From positions 372,001 through 436,000 of the forward strand of contig CAXBME010000002.1 of NCBI GenBank assembly GCA_963976765.1: a DNA stretch of 64,000 nucleotides, in the 5' to 3' direction. Positions 8,592-19,121 of this stretch are shown here, in pieces. The notes under the pieces were generated by a model. The model was not told where the DNA came from. It searched no databases and saw nothing but the letters and a program-made list of their open reading frames with translations. The stretch comes from an uncultured Planctomycetaceae bacterium. GTDB lineage: Bacteria > Planctomycetota > Planctomycetia > Planctomycetales > Planctomycetaceae. The stretch's first letter is position 1, and every line of letters begins with the position of its first letter. The position numbers and the translations under genes were made by a program.

Positions 8592-11354
8592 TTACAAACC
8601 TGACACAGACTTGCCGACGAGTTTACCTGACTGATCGCCAGGATCATTCTTAAACGAGTTGCGGTTGGGCCAGGCGAGGATCAGCATTTCGGTCAGCAGG
8701 AAAATCAGGACGGCTCCGACGAGCCACTTCCAGAGGTCGCGACCTCGAATGCGTGCTCCTTCGACGCTGATTGTTTCGTCGGCTTCCAGCCAGCGGTAGC
8801 CGACTGTCCCTGCTCGATCTTCGAAGGCCAATGCGTCGAGAGTTTCGAGTTGCGATTCTTCCGGCGGACAGTTGAACGCCAGCAGCGTCAATGGTTCGGA
8901 ATTCTGATCAACGATTGAATCTCCTGAAACGTCGGTTGATGTTGAGAGGACGCTGTAGTGTCCGTTGTTGACGGCTCGGTGAATTCGCAGTCCGTATCGG
9001 TCGGCACTGAGAGCTTCGACAGAAATCGCATCGCGGCTGCCGTCCGGCTGAAGCAGCTCCCAGCGAAGCTGATCGGAACGGCGAGCAGGCAGGGTGACGA
9101 CATCACCGGTTTCGTAGTTGCGGCGAGGCAGCGTGTCTTCCAGAAGCTGCCGCAGCATTCGGTCGAACATCAGAATCGCATTAGTCGATGTGAGCGTGTT
9201 CCAGCTTGAGAACAGCCCGGATGACAGGAAGAAAGACCTGCCCGCTCCGATGCGACGCTCTGTCAAAAACGGTCGTTCTTCCAGCGTGTACCGTGCAAGA
9301 GTTCTCGGTCGCGAACGTTCGGCGAGTTCTTCAGGCGTGAGTTCGTCGAGCCGGGTCAACTCGTCAGTGTCAGACCAGCTCAGCCATCGAGGTTGCAGTT
9401 CCCGCCGGCGAGCTTCGTCGAGGGCCCGGTCCGAAGCCTGCTCGTCGCTGAGGTTGCCTTGCCGGTCAAGCTCGTCCCATTCTTCGCGGCTGGCGTCGGA
9501 TGCTGAAAGCAGCTGGCGGTTATCTGCAATTCGTTTGGTTTCGGCAGCGATGAGAGCATCGGCGAATGCCTGGTCGGATTCTGTAGCGACGGCCTTGAAG
9601 AAGAGCGGTGTTCGGTACAGGTCGGCCAGCGATTCCTGAGTTTCCCCTTCGATCAGGAAGAAGTCGTGCTGCAGGGATCGGAAGTCGAGGTAAAACGGTT
9701 CGAGTTGTCCGACGGCGACTTCCGGAATCTGCCCGACGGACTCCGTTGTGAGCTGCGTCGGAAGGATGCCTGCGCCGTCGAGCCAGGCGTGCGTTGCCCA
9801 TTCACCCGCGTCGAAGTCCGCGCCGGCCGCAATGATCAACGAACCACCCTGTTCGACATACTGACGAAGCAGCGGCACTGACTCACCTGGAGATTCGACA
9901 CCCGCAATGACGATCAGCCGGGCGTCGCTGAGAACTTCCTCCGTGAGACGGTCGATCGTCAAATGCCGGATTCGTACAAGCTGCCGATTAACTTCTTCGT
10001 CGGTCGACGTCTGCGGAGCAAGCAGCCGACGCAGTCGGTAGGTTTCGCCGATTTCGCCTCGGTCAGGATCCTCGGTGTCGCCGTACTGGTCGACGAAGAC
10101 GACAGGCAGCCCAGCGACGACCGGCACGACGAGGTTTCGCGAGTTGTCACGCAGCAGTCGGTCACCGACTCCACCTTCGACGCTGGCCGTCACCGTGGCT
10201 TTGACAAACGTCGCTTCCGAGATGCCGGAACCAAGCGCGCCGGTGTCCGAAATGTTGTCCAGCCGCTGCCGGAATTCGATCTGTCTTGCCTGACCAGGTT
10301 CGAGGTCAACAACACGGCTGGCAATTTCGGTACCGTCAATTGAAAGCTGAACCTGCACGTTGGTCAGCGGATGACTGCCAGCGTGCTGAACTGTCGCGAA
10401 GAAGACAGCCGGCGTCTCGGTGTCGGCGACTCCGTCCTGAAGTTGGAAATCGCTGACCCAGACATTCTCGATCTCCTCTGGAGCAATTCGCATAATCTGA
10501 AAGTCGGGCAGGGCGGCCAGCTGGCTGGCGTCTGCTCCGCCCGCCCACAGATTCGCCTGCTGGTCACTGATCAGCACGACGCGTTTGGAAGGGAGTTCCG
10601 GAACCTGTCGACAGGCTGCGGATGCCTGGTCGATGGCAAAGTTTGCTCGACCAACTCGATCAACGATCTGAATTCGGTCGAGAGCGGCTCGCGCATCCGA
10701 CTTGTTCCGATACGCGCTCGTCGTGTCTGCTTCGTCCGAGCCGCACAGCGGTAGAATGTTAATCTGACTTCCTGAAGGCAACGCATCGATGAACTCAGCA
10801 GCTTTGGTGCGTGCGCGATCGAGCAGCGTGCCTTCCAGCGATTCGTAGCCCATGCTCATCGAATTATCGAGCAGCAGGACGGCGTGAATCGGTTGCCGGC
10901 TGGTCAGCATTCTCAGACTCTGGTCGTTGGCGTCTCGGAACATACTGAAGACGCCGACGGCCCCCAGGCCGACACAAACAGCACACGCTCCAAACGCCAG
11001 CCCGCGAGTTCTGCTGGTTGAAGTCAGGATGCCGCTGGCAGCAGTCGCGACGGCGCCGACAATGGCCAGAGCCGTTCCGATTCCCACCAGCATCGTCGCG
11101 GAAGAAACTCCCGACAGGAACGGTCGAGCGAGAGCCGCTCCGAAAATTACAACCGCCAGGCACCGCAGCACCAGCACGAGCAGGTCGCGAAGCTGCACCG
11201 CTCGACGACTGCGCTGCATCGCCTGACGCAGAAAATCCATCGCCGCCCACTCGATCACTCGAAAGCGGCGGCGATTCAGCAGATGAATAATGATCGGCCC
11301 GGCGGCAGCAATCAGCCCTGCGATGGCAAACGTGCCGGCAAAAAACTTGAACAT
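8592..11354 (-). CDS. BatA N-terminal double-TM / vWA domain membrane protein
   Basis: PIIIHLLNRRR...WAAMDFL...LRCLAV...ALARP (BatA); MIDAS LLDNSMSMG and LISDQQ; GATase-like region (YVEQGGSLII); C-terminal ESQL...LWKWLV TM. Confidence 0.88.
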   Translation of the reverse strand: MFKFFAGTFAIAGLIAAAGPIIIHLLNRRRFRVIEWAAMDFLRQAMQRSRRAVQLRDLLVLVLRCLAVVIFGAALARPFLSGVSSATMLVGIGTALAIVGAVATAASGILTSTSRTRGLAFGACAVCVGLGAVGVFSMFRDANDQSLRMLTSRQPIHAVLLLDNSMSMGYESLEGTLLDRARTKAAEFIDALPSGSQINILPLCGSDEADTTSAYRNKSDARAALDRIQIVDRVGRANFAIDQASAACRQVPELPSKRVVLISDQQANLWAGGADASQLAALPDFQIMRIAPEEIENVWVSDFQLQDGVADTETPAVFFATVQHAGSHPLTNVQVQLSIDGTEIASRVVDLEPGQARQIEFRQRLDNISDTGALGSGISEATFVKATVTASVEGGVGDRLLRDNSRNLVVPVVAGLPVVFVDQYGDTEDPDRGEIGETYRLRRLLAPQTSTDEEVNRQLVRIRHLTIDRLTEEVLSDARLIVIAGVESPGESVPLLRQYVEQGGSLIIAAGADFDAGEWATHAWLDGAGILPTQLTTESVGQIPEVAVGQLEPFYLDFRSLQHDFFLIEGETQESLADLYRTPLFFKAVATESDQAFADALIAAETKRIADNRQLLSASDASREEWDELDRQGNLSDEQASDRALDEARRRELQPRWLSWSDTDELTRLDELTPEELAERSRPRTLARYTLEERPFLTERRIGAGRSFFLSSGLFSSWNTLTSTNAILMFDRMLRQLLEDTLPRRNYETGDVVTLPARRSDQLRWELLQPDGSRDAISVEALSADRYGLRIHRAVNNGHYSVLSTSTDVSGDSIVDQNSEPLTLLAFNCPPEESQLETLDALAFEDRAGTVGYRWLEADETISVEGARIRGRDLWKWLVGAVLIFLLTEMLILAWPNRNSFKNDPGDQSGKLVGKSVSGL

Positions 11355-11690
11355 GGAAACTGGTCCGCGAGTAGTGACTCAAGATTCAGAAGCAGAACTT
11401 CAACGCAGACAGCCCGGCATTGCAAGGAACCGGTGCGTATCCTTGATCCTGAAACCATCACTCGAAATGGTTGCGTGAATTTCGCCGCAATTAAGTTGTG
11501 ACCATGGAAAACACGAAATCACACGGACGGAAGGAAAGCAATTTCCGTGTATTCCCTTGTACCTTGTCATCTGTGGTTTGTCTCTATCGAGTGTTGACTG
11601 AGAGAAACAGGGTGCCAGTTGACTTCGTCGAGCTGAACCTGACCTACTACATTGCGGAGCCCAGGACGACCAGTTCACGGAGAGCAGTTT

Positions 11691-13553
11691 ATGACGAACG
11701 ACGTACTAGGTTCCGCCGCAAAACCGACGAACGAGGTCCCCGTCGCGAAGGTTACGGCGGAACGATCTCGCTTTTCGGTGGAAAGCCTTTCGACTCGGAT
11801 GTGGGGCGTGACCGCAGCGGCACTGGTAGTTTCAATCGGGCTGGCCGTCTGGAACCAGAAACCGTCCGGCCCAGCAATCACGATCCATTTTCAACAGGGC
11901 TACGGATTGCGTCCGGGCAATCTTGTTCAGCATCGCGGAATCGAGGTCGGGACAGTCACCGCCGTGGACCTTGCCGCTGACGAAAATGGCGTCGCTGTGC
12001 AGGTGGAATTGCTGGCAGCTGCAAAGAAACTGGCCAGACTCGGCAGCCAATTCTGGGTGGTTCGTCCGAGAGTCAGTCTGTCGAAAGTCACAGGTCTCGA
12101 CACGGTCGTCGGTGCACGATACATCGAAGTTCAACCTGGACCACTGGACGCACAAGCCCGGTTCGAGTTCGACGGGCTGGAGACTCCACTGACGCTGTCG
12201 GATCCCGATGCCGTTGAGATTGAAATCCGATTTGAAAACGGAGACGGCCTGGCAATCGGTGACGAGGTCCGCCATCGAGGGATCGTTGTCGGTGAAGTCA
12301 CATCGGCAGATCTCAACAGCGAACTGACGGGCGTTGCTGTCCAGGTTCGGTTGCTGAATTCGGCATCGAGACTCGCGCGGGTCGGCTCACAATTCTGGGT
12401 GGAACGCCCGACGGTTTCGGCAGTTGAAGTTCGAGGACTTGAGACGCTGGTCGGCGGACGATACATCGCCGTTCAACCTGGAGCCGCCAACGCAACGCTG
12501 GCGACATCGTTTGATGGACTCGCCAAAGCTCCGCCTGGTGAGTTGCCCGAGGGCGGAGTTGAGATTGTGCTCGAAGCCAGTCAGCGAGGCGGGCTTCGTC
12601 GTGGCGTGCCGGTGCTCTATCGAGGCCAGCAGGTCGGGCATGTGATCGCCGTCGCTCTGGCTTCCGATGCGACGACGGTCGAAGCCCGAACCTGGATTGA
12701 TGCTCCGTACCGAGAGCTGGCGCGTGACAACACTCGATTCTGGATGAACAGCGGAATCGGCGTTTCCGTCGGACTCGACGGTCTGAAACTCTCAGCCGAC
12801 ACCTTATCGAGCATCATCGTTGGCGGAGTTTCGATGGCGACACCACCGCAACCGGGCACAAGAGTCAGCACGGGACACCGCTTTCAATGCGCAGCCAATG
12901 TCGAGGACGAGTGGCTGAACTGGCAGGCCCGCATTCCGATCGGCAGTCACCAGATTGCTGATGGCGCCCCCTTGCCGCAGCCGTTGCGAGCGTCATTGCG
13001 GTGGCAGGAAAAGCGATTTGGATTTCGTCGAGACAAACAACGTTCCGGCTGGATTCTTCCACTGAGCAATGGGCGTATCCTCGGGCCGGCGGACCTGCTG
13101 ACATCCGATGAGAAGGCGATTGAAGGAACGACGAAACTCGAAGCAGCAGGAGAAACGTTCGAGATTTCTCCTGCAAACGTAACTGTATTTGGCGGTCTCG
13201 CAATCCTGCCCGGGAAGCTCGACTCAGTCGTGACGAACGCCCGGTTCCCCGTGCAGCGGCTTGGACACTCAGACGAACCGGTGGACTGTCTGATCGTGAC
13301 GTCTGGTTCGGAATCAGTCGTGAGCGCCACGGCGTCGAGGTTTCGTACCGAGAAATTCGATTCGAGTAACGGAGAAGCTGCCGATGCTACAGCAGTCGAG
13401 CGATGGATTGTTGACCCGTCCGTCCCGTTAACCGCAGACTTCCACGGTGCGTCAGTCGTTTCCCGCACGGACGGTAAGGTCGTCGGCCTGCTGCTGGCTG
13501 ACGAATCCGGGAGCTACGTTTCGGTACTTCCCAACCGGATGGCCCCGAAGTGA
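11691..13553 (+). CDS. PqiB/MlaD-family protein with three MCE domains plus an extra C-terminal domain
   Basis: N-terminal TM; three repeats of GL..G..V..RG..VG.V..V.L and FW..RP.VS...V.GL.T.V.G.YI...PG. ATG at 11691. Confidence 0.88.
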   Translation: MTNDVLGSAAKPTNEVPVAKVTAERSRFSVESLSTRMWGVTAAALVVSIGLAVWNQKPSGPAITIHFQQGYGLRPGNLVQHRGIEVGTVTAVDLAADENGVAVQVELLAAAKKLARLGSQFWVVRPRVSLSKVTGLDTVVGARYIEVQPGPLDAQARFEFDGLETPLTLSDPDAVEIEIRFENGDGLAIGDEVRHRGIVVGEVTSADLNSELTGVAVQVRLLNSASRLARVGSQFWVERPTVSAVEVRGLETLVGGRYIAVQPGAANATLATSFDGLAKAPPGELPEGGVEIVLEASQRGGLRRGVPVLYRGQQVGHVIAVALASDATTVEARTWIDAPYRELARDNTRFWMNSGIGVSVGLDGLKLSADTLSSIIVGGVSMATPPQPGTRVSTGHRFQCAANVEDEWLNWQARIPIGSHQIADGAPLPQPLRASLRWQEKRFGFRRDKQRSGWILPLSNGRILGPADLLTSDEKAIEGTTKLEAAGETFEISPANVTVFGGLAILPGKLDSVVTNARFPVQRLGHSDEPVDCLIVTSGSESVVSATASRFRTEKFDSSNGEAADATAVERWIVDPSVPLTADFHGASVVSRTDGKVVGLLLADESGSYVSVLPNRMAPK

Positions 13554-13638
13554 CTCGCGTTGCGATGACAATCTCTGCTCAGCCTGTTTTAGTACGTTGT
13601 TGACTGTTATCAAAAAACCGTCCCGAACTGAGAACCTG

Positions 13639-15171
13639 ATGCAACTACCTAACCTGCTCGCCTCAAAATGGGGCCGACTGATCGCATTCTTCTGCCTGTA
13701 CGTGACCGAAGGAATCCCTCTCGGGTTTACCGCGACCGCGATCGCGACCCAGCTTCGTCGCAGCGGCGTCGGACCGAAGGAAATCGGCTTCTTCGTTGGC
13801 TGGCTGTATTTTCCCTGGGCGTGGAAATGGGTCATGGGTCCGGTGGTCGACCTGTTCTACTCGAACAGACTGGGGGCTCGACGCGGCTGGATCATCGGCA
13901 TGCAGGTCATGATGGTCGCAACGCTGATGTTCTGCGTGCCGCTGGAGTTGAACGAGAGCAACCTGACTCTGCTGACATCGATTATCCTGATTCACAACTT
14001 CTTCTGTGCAACGCAGGACGTGGCGATCGACGCTCTTGCCTGTAACACGCTTCAGCCCGAAGAACGAGGTCTGGCCAACGGCCTGATGTTTGCCGGACAA
14101 ACGCTGGGGATTCCGCTCGGCGGAGCCTGCGTGCTCTACCTGATTGATGGCGTGAGCTGGCTTCCGATGTTGCAGGATGGGATTCCGTTCGAGCAAACCT
14201 ATTTCTTCGTGGCCGCCTGCATTCTGGCGGTCACGATCCTTGTCGCGATTCCAATGCGCGAGGAGCCTCTGGTTCGCAAAGCATCTGAAGGCGACAGAGT
14301 CGCGGAGATGAAGAAAGAACTGACTGACTATCTGAAAACGGCATGGAAGTCATTCTTCGGAAGCCGGGTCGCCTTTGCCGCGTTAATTCTGGCAGTCATT
14401 CCTGCGGGGGCGGCCGCGTTGAATCTTGCCCTGCAGAAGACACTGGCCGTCGAACTGGGAATGACTGACGGCGAAGTTGCCGATCTGGAAGTTGTTTCGA
14501 GCATCATCTGGGCAGTGTGCTGCGTCGCAGGTGGAATGATTTCCGACCGAGTCGGGCACCTGAAGTCACTTGCCGTGTTTCTTGTCCTGATGTCGATTCC
14601 AACTTTGTGGCTCGGTTTTGAAATGGAGCGACAGGGCTACATCATGCCGGTGGAAATTGCTCAGGCTGACTCAGAAAGTGAAAGGAAAAATCCGCCGCAT
14701 AATTCAGCCGAGGCCAGCAACGACGCGAAAGCCTCCGACAAAAAAGTCAGCGAGGACGTCAATGCGAGGACGGAATCGGATCATCCACCAAACGAACTCG
14801 AATCCGCGAAAGACGGTTCAGCCGCCGCGTTCAGCAGGAACGTTCCCGAAGGTCTGGTGGACAGCTTCTGGTGGGCGGTGATGTTTTATATGGGGGCTCA
14901 GGGGTTGATGTACGGAACCAGGACGGCGGTTTTTATGCAGATTTCAAACCCTGCCGTCGCGGCAACTCAGTTTACAGCCTATATGGCCATGATGAATCTG
15001 GTGACCGCCTATACGTCATGGTGGCAAGGCGTCGTGATAGAGGAATATGGTTACCCGGTGACGTTGTTTATTGACGCCTCGACGGGACTGATTTGCCTGG
15101 CCGTGCTGCCGTTTCTCTTTCAGAAGGCCGTCGCGGCAACTTCTGGTAGCATCCCGGCCCCTCGCGATTGA
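13639..15171 (+). CDS. AmpG-like MFS transporter
   Basis: LYVTEGIPLGF, PWAWKWVMGPVVD, RRGWI, ATQDVAIDALA, ERGLANG, AATQFTAYMAMMNL are AmpG-family motifs; about 12 TM segments. Start moved to ATG 13639. Confidence 0.88.
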   Translation: MQLPNLLASKWGRLIAFFCLYVTEGIPLGFTATAIATQLRRSGVGPKEIGFFVGWLYFPWAWKWVMGPVVDLFYSNRLGARRGWIIGMQVMMVATLMFCVPLELNESNLTLLTSIILIHNFFCATQDVAIDALACNTLQPEERGLANGLMFAGQTLGIPLGGACVLYLIDGVSWLPMLQDGIPFEQTYFFVAACILAVTILVAIPMREEPLVRKASEGDRVAEMKKELTDYLKTAWKSFFGSRVAFAALILAVIPAGAAALNLALQKTLAVELGMTDGEVADLEVVSSIIWAVCCVAGGMISDRVGHLKSLAVFLVLMSIPTLWLGFEMERQGYIMPVEIAQADSESERKNPPHNSAEASNDAKASDKKVSEDVNARTESDHPPNELESAKDGSAAAFSRNVPEGLVDSFWWAVMFYMGAQGLMYGTRTAVFMQISNPAVAATQFTAYMAMMNLVTAYTSWWQGVVIEEYGYPVTLFIDASTGLICLAVLPFLFQKAVAATSGSIPAPRD

Positions 15172-15235
15172 CGATCGAAATCCCCCGAGTCTTTGAGTCC
15201 GACCTGACGTTGTCGAAAATCGGAGTGTTTCTGCC

Positions 15236-16678
15236 ATGCGTAAGTTTCTGCTCATTCTCGCCGCACTCATTGCGACCGATGTTGGCTCACCATTAACGCC
15301 AGGTTTGTCCGCCGCCGAATTACCGAACATCATACTCTGCATGGCTGATGACCAGGGATGGGGCGACGTTGGTTATTATGGAAAATCTCCGGTGAAGACG
15401 CCGGTGCTCGACGAGATGGCGGCTGCAGGTTTGCGGTTTGATCGGTTTTACGCGGCGGCTCCAGTGTGCTCGCCGACCCGGGCGAGTGTGTTAACCGGAC
15501 GACATCCCAACCGCACGGCAGTCTTTAAGTGGGGGCACCCGATTCGGCCTCAGGAAACAACCATCGCCGAAGCTCTCAGGAAAGCCGGTTATGTCACGGG
15601 GCATTTCGGAAAGTGGCATCTCGGGTCGTGCCGAGCCGACAGTCCGGTTTGCCCTGGCAACAGCGGCTTTGACGAGTGGCTGTCCGCTCCCAATTTCTAC
15701 GAGAACGATGCCCTGATGAGTCACAACGGGACGGTGATTCAGACGAAGGGCGAAAGCTCGCAGCTGGCCGTTGACTACGCACTCGAATTTATGAAAGAGG
15801 CAAAGAAACAGGACAAGCCGTTCATCGCTGTGGTGTGGTTCGGTTCGCCGCATGCTCCGCACATCGCGGCGAAGAAGTTTCTCGACATGTACAAGGACTT
15901 TCCGAAAGCCCACGCAAACTTTCTGGGAGAAGTCACCGGCATCGACGCGGCTGTCGGAAACCTGCGGACGTCGATCCGGGACATGGGCATCGCCGATAAC
16001 ACATTGCTCTGGTACACGAGCGACAACGGAGCACTTCCGAATGTCGGCTCCACTGGCGGGCTCTCCGGCAAGAAAGGCACGCTTCTCGAAGGCGGTATCC
16101 GAGTTCCGGCGATCATCGAATGGCCAGCTGTCGTGAAGCAGCACCGCAGGATCGACCTCGTCTGCAACACGACCGACATTTACCCAACGCTGCTCGAACT
16201 GACAGGAGTCAAACTCGATCACCAGCCTGTGCTGGATGGACGAAGCATCCTGCCGCTGATCCGGAATGAAAAATTCGACGGTCACCAGGAGTACGGGTTC
16301 TGGGATTACCCGGTCGGTGGTCGAGGCATGCACGCTGATCGCATGCTGGCCGCTCAGAAAGCAGAAGCCGACGCTGGTCAGCAGAAACCGTGGCACGAAG
16401 TTGAGCCGGACCCATCAAAAGTGGGCGGTTACGCGGAAGGTGAACGACCCGGTCCCGCCGCGTGGATCGACGGCAACTTCAAGCTGCATCGCACTGCGTC
16501 GAAGATCGGCGAAGAGGGCGTGCGTTACCAGCTTTACGATTTAGGCACCGACGTCGTCGAAAAACACGACCTGTCGAACGACCTGCCTGAGCGAGTTGAA
16601 TCAATGAAAAAGAAACTCGAAATCTGGCAGAATTCCGTAATCCGCAGCCTGAACGGTAAGGACTATGTCACGCAGTAA
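15236..16678 (+). CDS. Exported Cys-type sulfatase
   Basis: Signal peptide; NIILCMADDQG, CSPTRAS, GKWHLG, SDNG, KGTLLEGGIRVP. Confidence 0.92.
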   Translation: MRKFLLILAALIATDVGSPLTPGLSAAELPNIILCMADDQGWGDVGYYGKSPVKTPVLDEMAAAGLRFDRFYAAAPVCSPTRASVLTGRHPNRTAVFKWGHPIRPQETTIAEALRKAGYVTGHFGKWHLGSCRADSPVCPGNSGFDEWLSAPNFYENDALMSHNGTVIQTKGESSQLAVDYALEFMKEAKKQDKPFIAVVWFGSPHAPHIAAKKFLDMYKDFPKAHANFLGEVTGIDAAVGNLRTSIRDMGIADNTLLWYTSDNGALPNVGSTGGLSGKKGTLLEGGIRVPAIIEWPAVVKQHRRIDLVCNTTDIYPTLLELTGVKLDHQPVLDGRSILPLIRNEKFDGHQEYGFWDYPVGGRGMHADRMLAAQKAEADAGQQKPWHEVEPDPSKVGGYAEGERPGPAAWIDGNFKLHRTASKIGEEGVRYQLYDLGTDVVEKHDLSNDLPERVESMKKKLEIWQNSVIRSLNGKDYVTQ

Positions 16679-16807
16679 GGTCACTTCATTGACGACGACA
16701 AGTTCGAATGCATCCCCCTGCGACTGATGTCAGTTTCTCACACGAACTCCCGTGTTTTCTCTGCGTCCTCGGCAATCTTTTCTTTCCAGTTTTCGGACAA
16801 CTTCTGA

Positions 16808-17926
16808 ATGGATTCGATTGGCGACAGGCTCCCCGAAACTTCAAACGTCATCGATTCGGGAATCAAACGAGGCCTGCACACCGGCTTGCAGCTCTACGTT
16901 TCGCGAGGTGGCAATGTCGTTGCTGATTGTGGTTTCGGTGAGTCGTCGCCCAGCGTTCCGATGACGGCGGACTCGATCATGATGTGGCTGTCGGCCGGAA
17001 AACCGCTGACTGCCGTCGCGATTCTGCAACTCGTTGAGCATGGACTGCTCGACCTGGACGGAAGAATCGTCGATTGGATTCCGGAGTTTGCGACCGGCAA
17101 CAAAGAGCAGGTTCGCTTACATCACCTGCTGACTCATACCGGCGGGTTTCGGAATGTTGAAACCGGCTGGCCGCATCTTTCATGGGAAGCAACGATCGCT
17201 CGAATTTGTGAGAGTCCGCTCGAAGACGGCTGGCTCATTGGCGAAACAGCCGGCTATCACACGTCGTCGAGCTGGTACATTCTTGGCGAGCTGATTCAGC
17301 GAGTTGATCCGAAAAGGCAATCGTTTCCGGAGTACTTCCACAAAGAGATCTGCGAGCCACTCGGAATGCTGAATTCACAGAACGGAATGTCGCCGGAATT
17401 CTGGATGACTAATCAGCACCGCATTGCCGAAATGTCGCAACTCGAAAAAGGGAAGACCGAAGTGCTTCCCTGGCACGACAAACAGTATTGCATGGCCGCT
17501 TCGCCCGGCGCCAATTCACGGGGCCCCATTCGAGAGCTGGGACGTTTCTACGAGTGCCTGCTGGCTGGCGGCGAACTCGATGGCCGAAGGATCTTGAATG
17601 AGGAGTCTGCTGACTTACTGACGACGCGGCATCGAGAAGGTGCATACGATCAAACACTGTTTCACAAAGTCGATTTTGGCCTCGGCGTGATCCTTGATTC
17701 GAATCGCTACGGAGTCGACACCGTGCCGTACGGATTCAGTCCGTACTGCTCGGAGCAAACATTCGGGCATGGAGGCTCGCAATCATCAATCGGCTTTGCC
17801 GACCCTGATGCCGAGCTGGTTGTCTGCTATGTGGCCAATCGTCGCGTCGGCGAACCCAGACATCAGAAACGCAACCGCGAAATCGTCTCCGCAATCTATC
17901 GCGACCTCAACCTGAATAATGGATAA
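16808..17926 (+). CDS. Serine hydrolase (beta-lactamase/family VIII esterase-like)
   Basis: WLSAGKP (SxxK), LLTHTGG, GYH, FGHGG, GFADP. Confidence 0.88.
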   Translation: MDSIGDRLPETSNVIDSGIKRGLHTGLQLYVSRGGNVVADCGFGESSPSVPMTADSIMMWLSAGKPLTAVAILQLVEHGLLDLDGRIVDWIPEFATGNKEQVRLHHLLTHTGGFRNVETGWPHLSWEATIARICESPLEDGWLIGETAGYHTSSSWYILGELIQRVDPKRQSFPEYFHKEICEPLGMLNSQNGMSPEFWMTNQHRIAEMSQLEKGKTEVLPWHDKQYCMAASPGANSRGPIRELGRFYECLLAGGELDGRRILNEESADLLTTRHREGAYDQTLFHKVDFGLGVILDSNRYGVDTVPYGFSPYCSEQTFGHGGSQSSIGFADPDAELVVCYVANRRVGEPRHQKRNREIVSAIYRDLNLNNG

Positions 17927-17949
17927 TGATTCCGGTGTCGGCATCAATG

Positions 17950-17999
17950 AAAAAAGCGTGAGCAAGGATTGTGGCCAGAGCCGGTCCTCACTCACGCTT
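17950..17999 (-). terminator. Rho-independent terminator downstream of the DUF1559 gene
   Basis: Minus strand AAGCGTGAG...CTCACGC-TTTTTT with an inner AGGAC/ATCCT stem, between convergent genes. Confidence 0.65.
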
Positions 18000-18033
18000 C
18001 AGGTTCGAACGGTTTATACCGAAATACTCGGTC

Positions 18034-19050
18034 TTAGAAGTCGCCCAGGATTTCGCCATCGTCGCGTGAGCCGAGTCGTGACCAGGTGACAGCGTCGATG
18101 TTTTCGCTGATTGCTTTCACGGCTCCGTCAGCCATCAGTGAATGGACCATGGCAACGTGATGGCTTCGCGACGTTACTGCCGCGTAGGTCCGACCGGTGC
18201 AAGTGCCGCTGTCTTTCTCTTCACGACAACTGGTGAAGTCGACGTCGTAGGTTGTACCACCACTAACGTGCGGTACGACGGTATTGGGAGTAAAGACGGT
18301 GGTAATACCCGTCTGGTGAACTCGCCCGTCAACCCATTCGGTGTGACCGCTATCTGTTTTGAAGCTGCCGCCGAGCCCACTGATAGCCGCTGGTGTCGGA
18401 ATGGTCGCCGTTCCACCGCTACCGTCTCGCAGGTAAGGGGTAAATGCCTTGACTTCCGAGAACGCCAGCGTGTTGGTCGTTCCGTCCGTGATATCGGCGA
18501 ACCGAAGGCTCATGTTCGGACCAAAAACGCCGTCACCATTCTGACGAGTTGCGTTATTCCAGAAGTCCCAGCTTCCACCGTTGAAGGCATAGTTCAGCGG
18601 GTAGTGCTCCGGGTTACCGCTGCCGTCAACACGCGTCTTGTCTTTGACTTCGCTCGGACACAGGTAGGCGGGCATTCTGGTGGTCATTACTGGCAGATTC
18701 ACGGGGGCATCGTATTCAAGGTCAAGGTTGACCTGCATGAAGAGATTGGCCTGATCCATGAGCGGCATCAGACGCGCCTGAATCGACCATTCGCCGCCAT
18801 TGGTGCCGGTGCCTGTAAGCTGAGTTGTGCCACTCGGTGCTCCATCAACGGCAAATGAGATTGGCAGCTTGCTGTGGAGATCGTGGTAGTTGTGCAGTGC
18901 AATTCCGATCTGCTTGAGGTTGCTCTTGCACTGGCTGCGCCGAGCAGCCTCGCGAGCCTGCTGCACCGCTGGAAGGAGCAATCCAACCAGAATCGCGATA
19001 ATGGCGATCACCACGAGCAGCTCGATAAGCGTAAATCCTTGTCGTTTCAT
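18034..19050 (-). CDS. DUF1559 prepilin-type N-terminal cleavage / H-X9-DG protein
   Basis: [64 protein letters not shown]9-DG ([12 protein letters not shown]). Start moved to ATG 19050. Confidence 0.95.
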   Translation of the reverse strand: MKRQGFTLIELLVVIAIIAILVGLLLPAVQQAREAARRSQCKSNLKQIGIALHNYHDLHSKLPISFAVDGAPSGTTQLTGTGTNGGEWSIQARLMPLMDQANLFMQVNLDLEYDAPVNLPVMTTRMPAYLCPSEVKDKTRVDGSGNPEHYPLNYAFNGGSWDFWNNATRQNGDGVFGPNMSLRFADITDGTTNTLAFSEVKAFTPYLRDGSGGTATIPTPAAISGLGGSFKTDSGHTEWVDGRVHQTGITTVFTPNTVVPHVSGGTTYDVDFTSCREEKDSGTCTGRTYAAVTSRSHHVAMVHSLMADGAVKAISENIDAVTWSRLGSRDDGEILGDF

Positions 19051-19121
19051 ATCTAATGTTCTTTCAGGTGGGGATCTCGAAGAGACATTCTGGTTGTTGA
19101 TCGGCCCTTGACTGGCCGACC

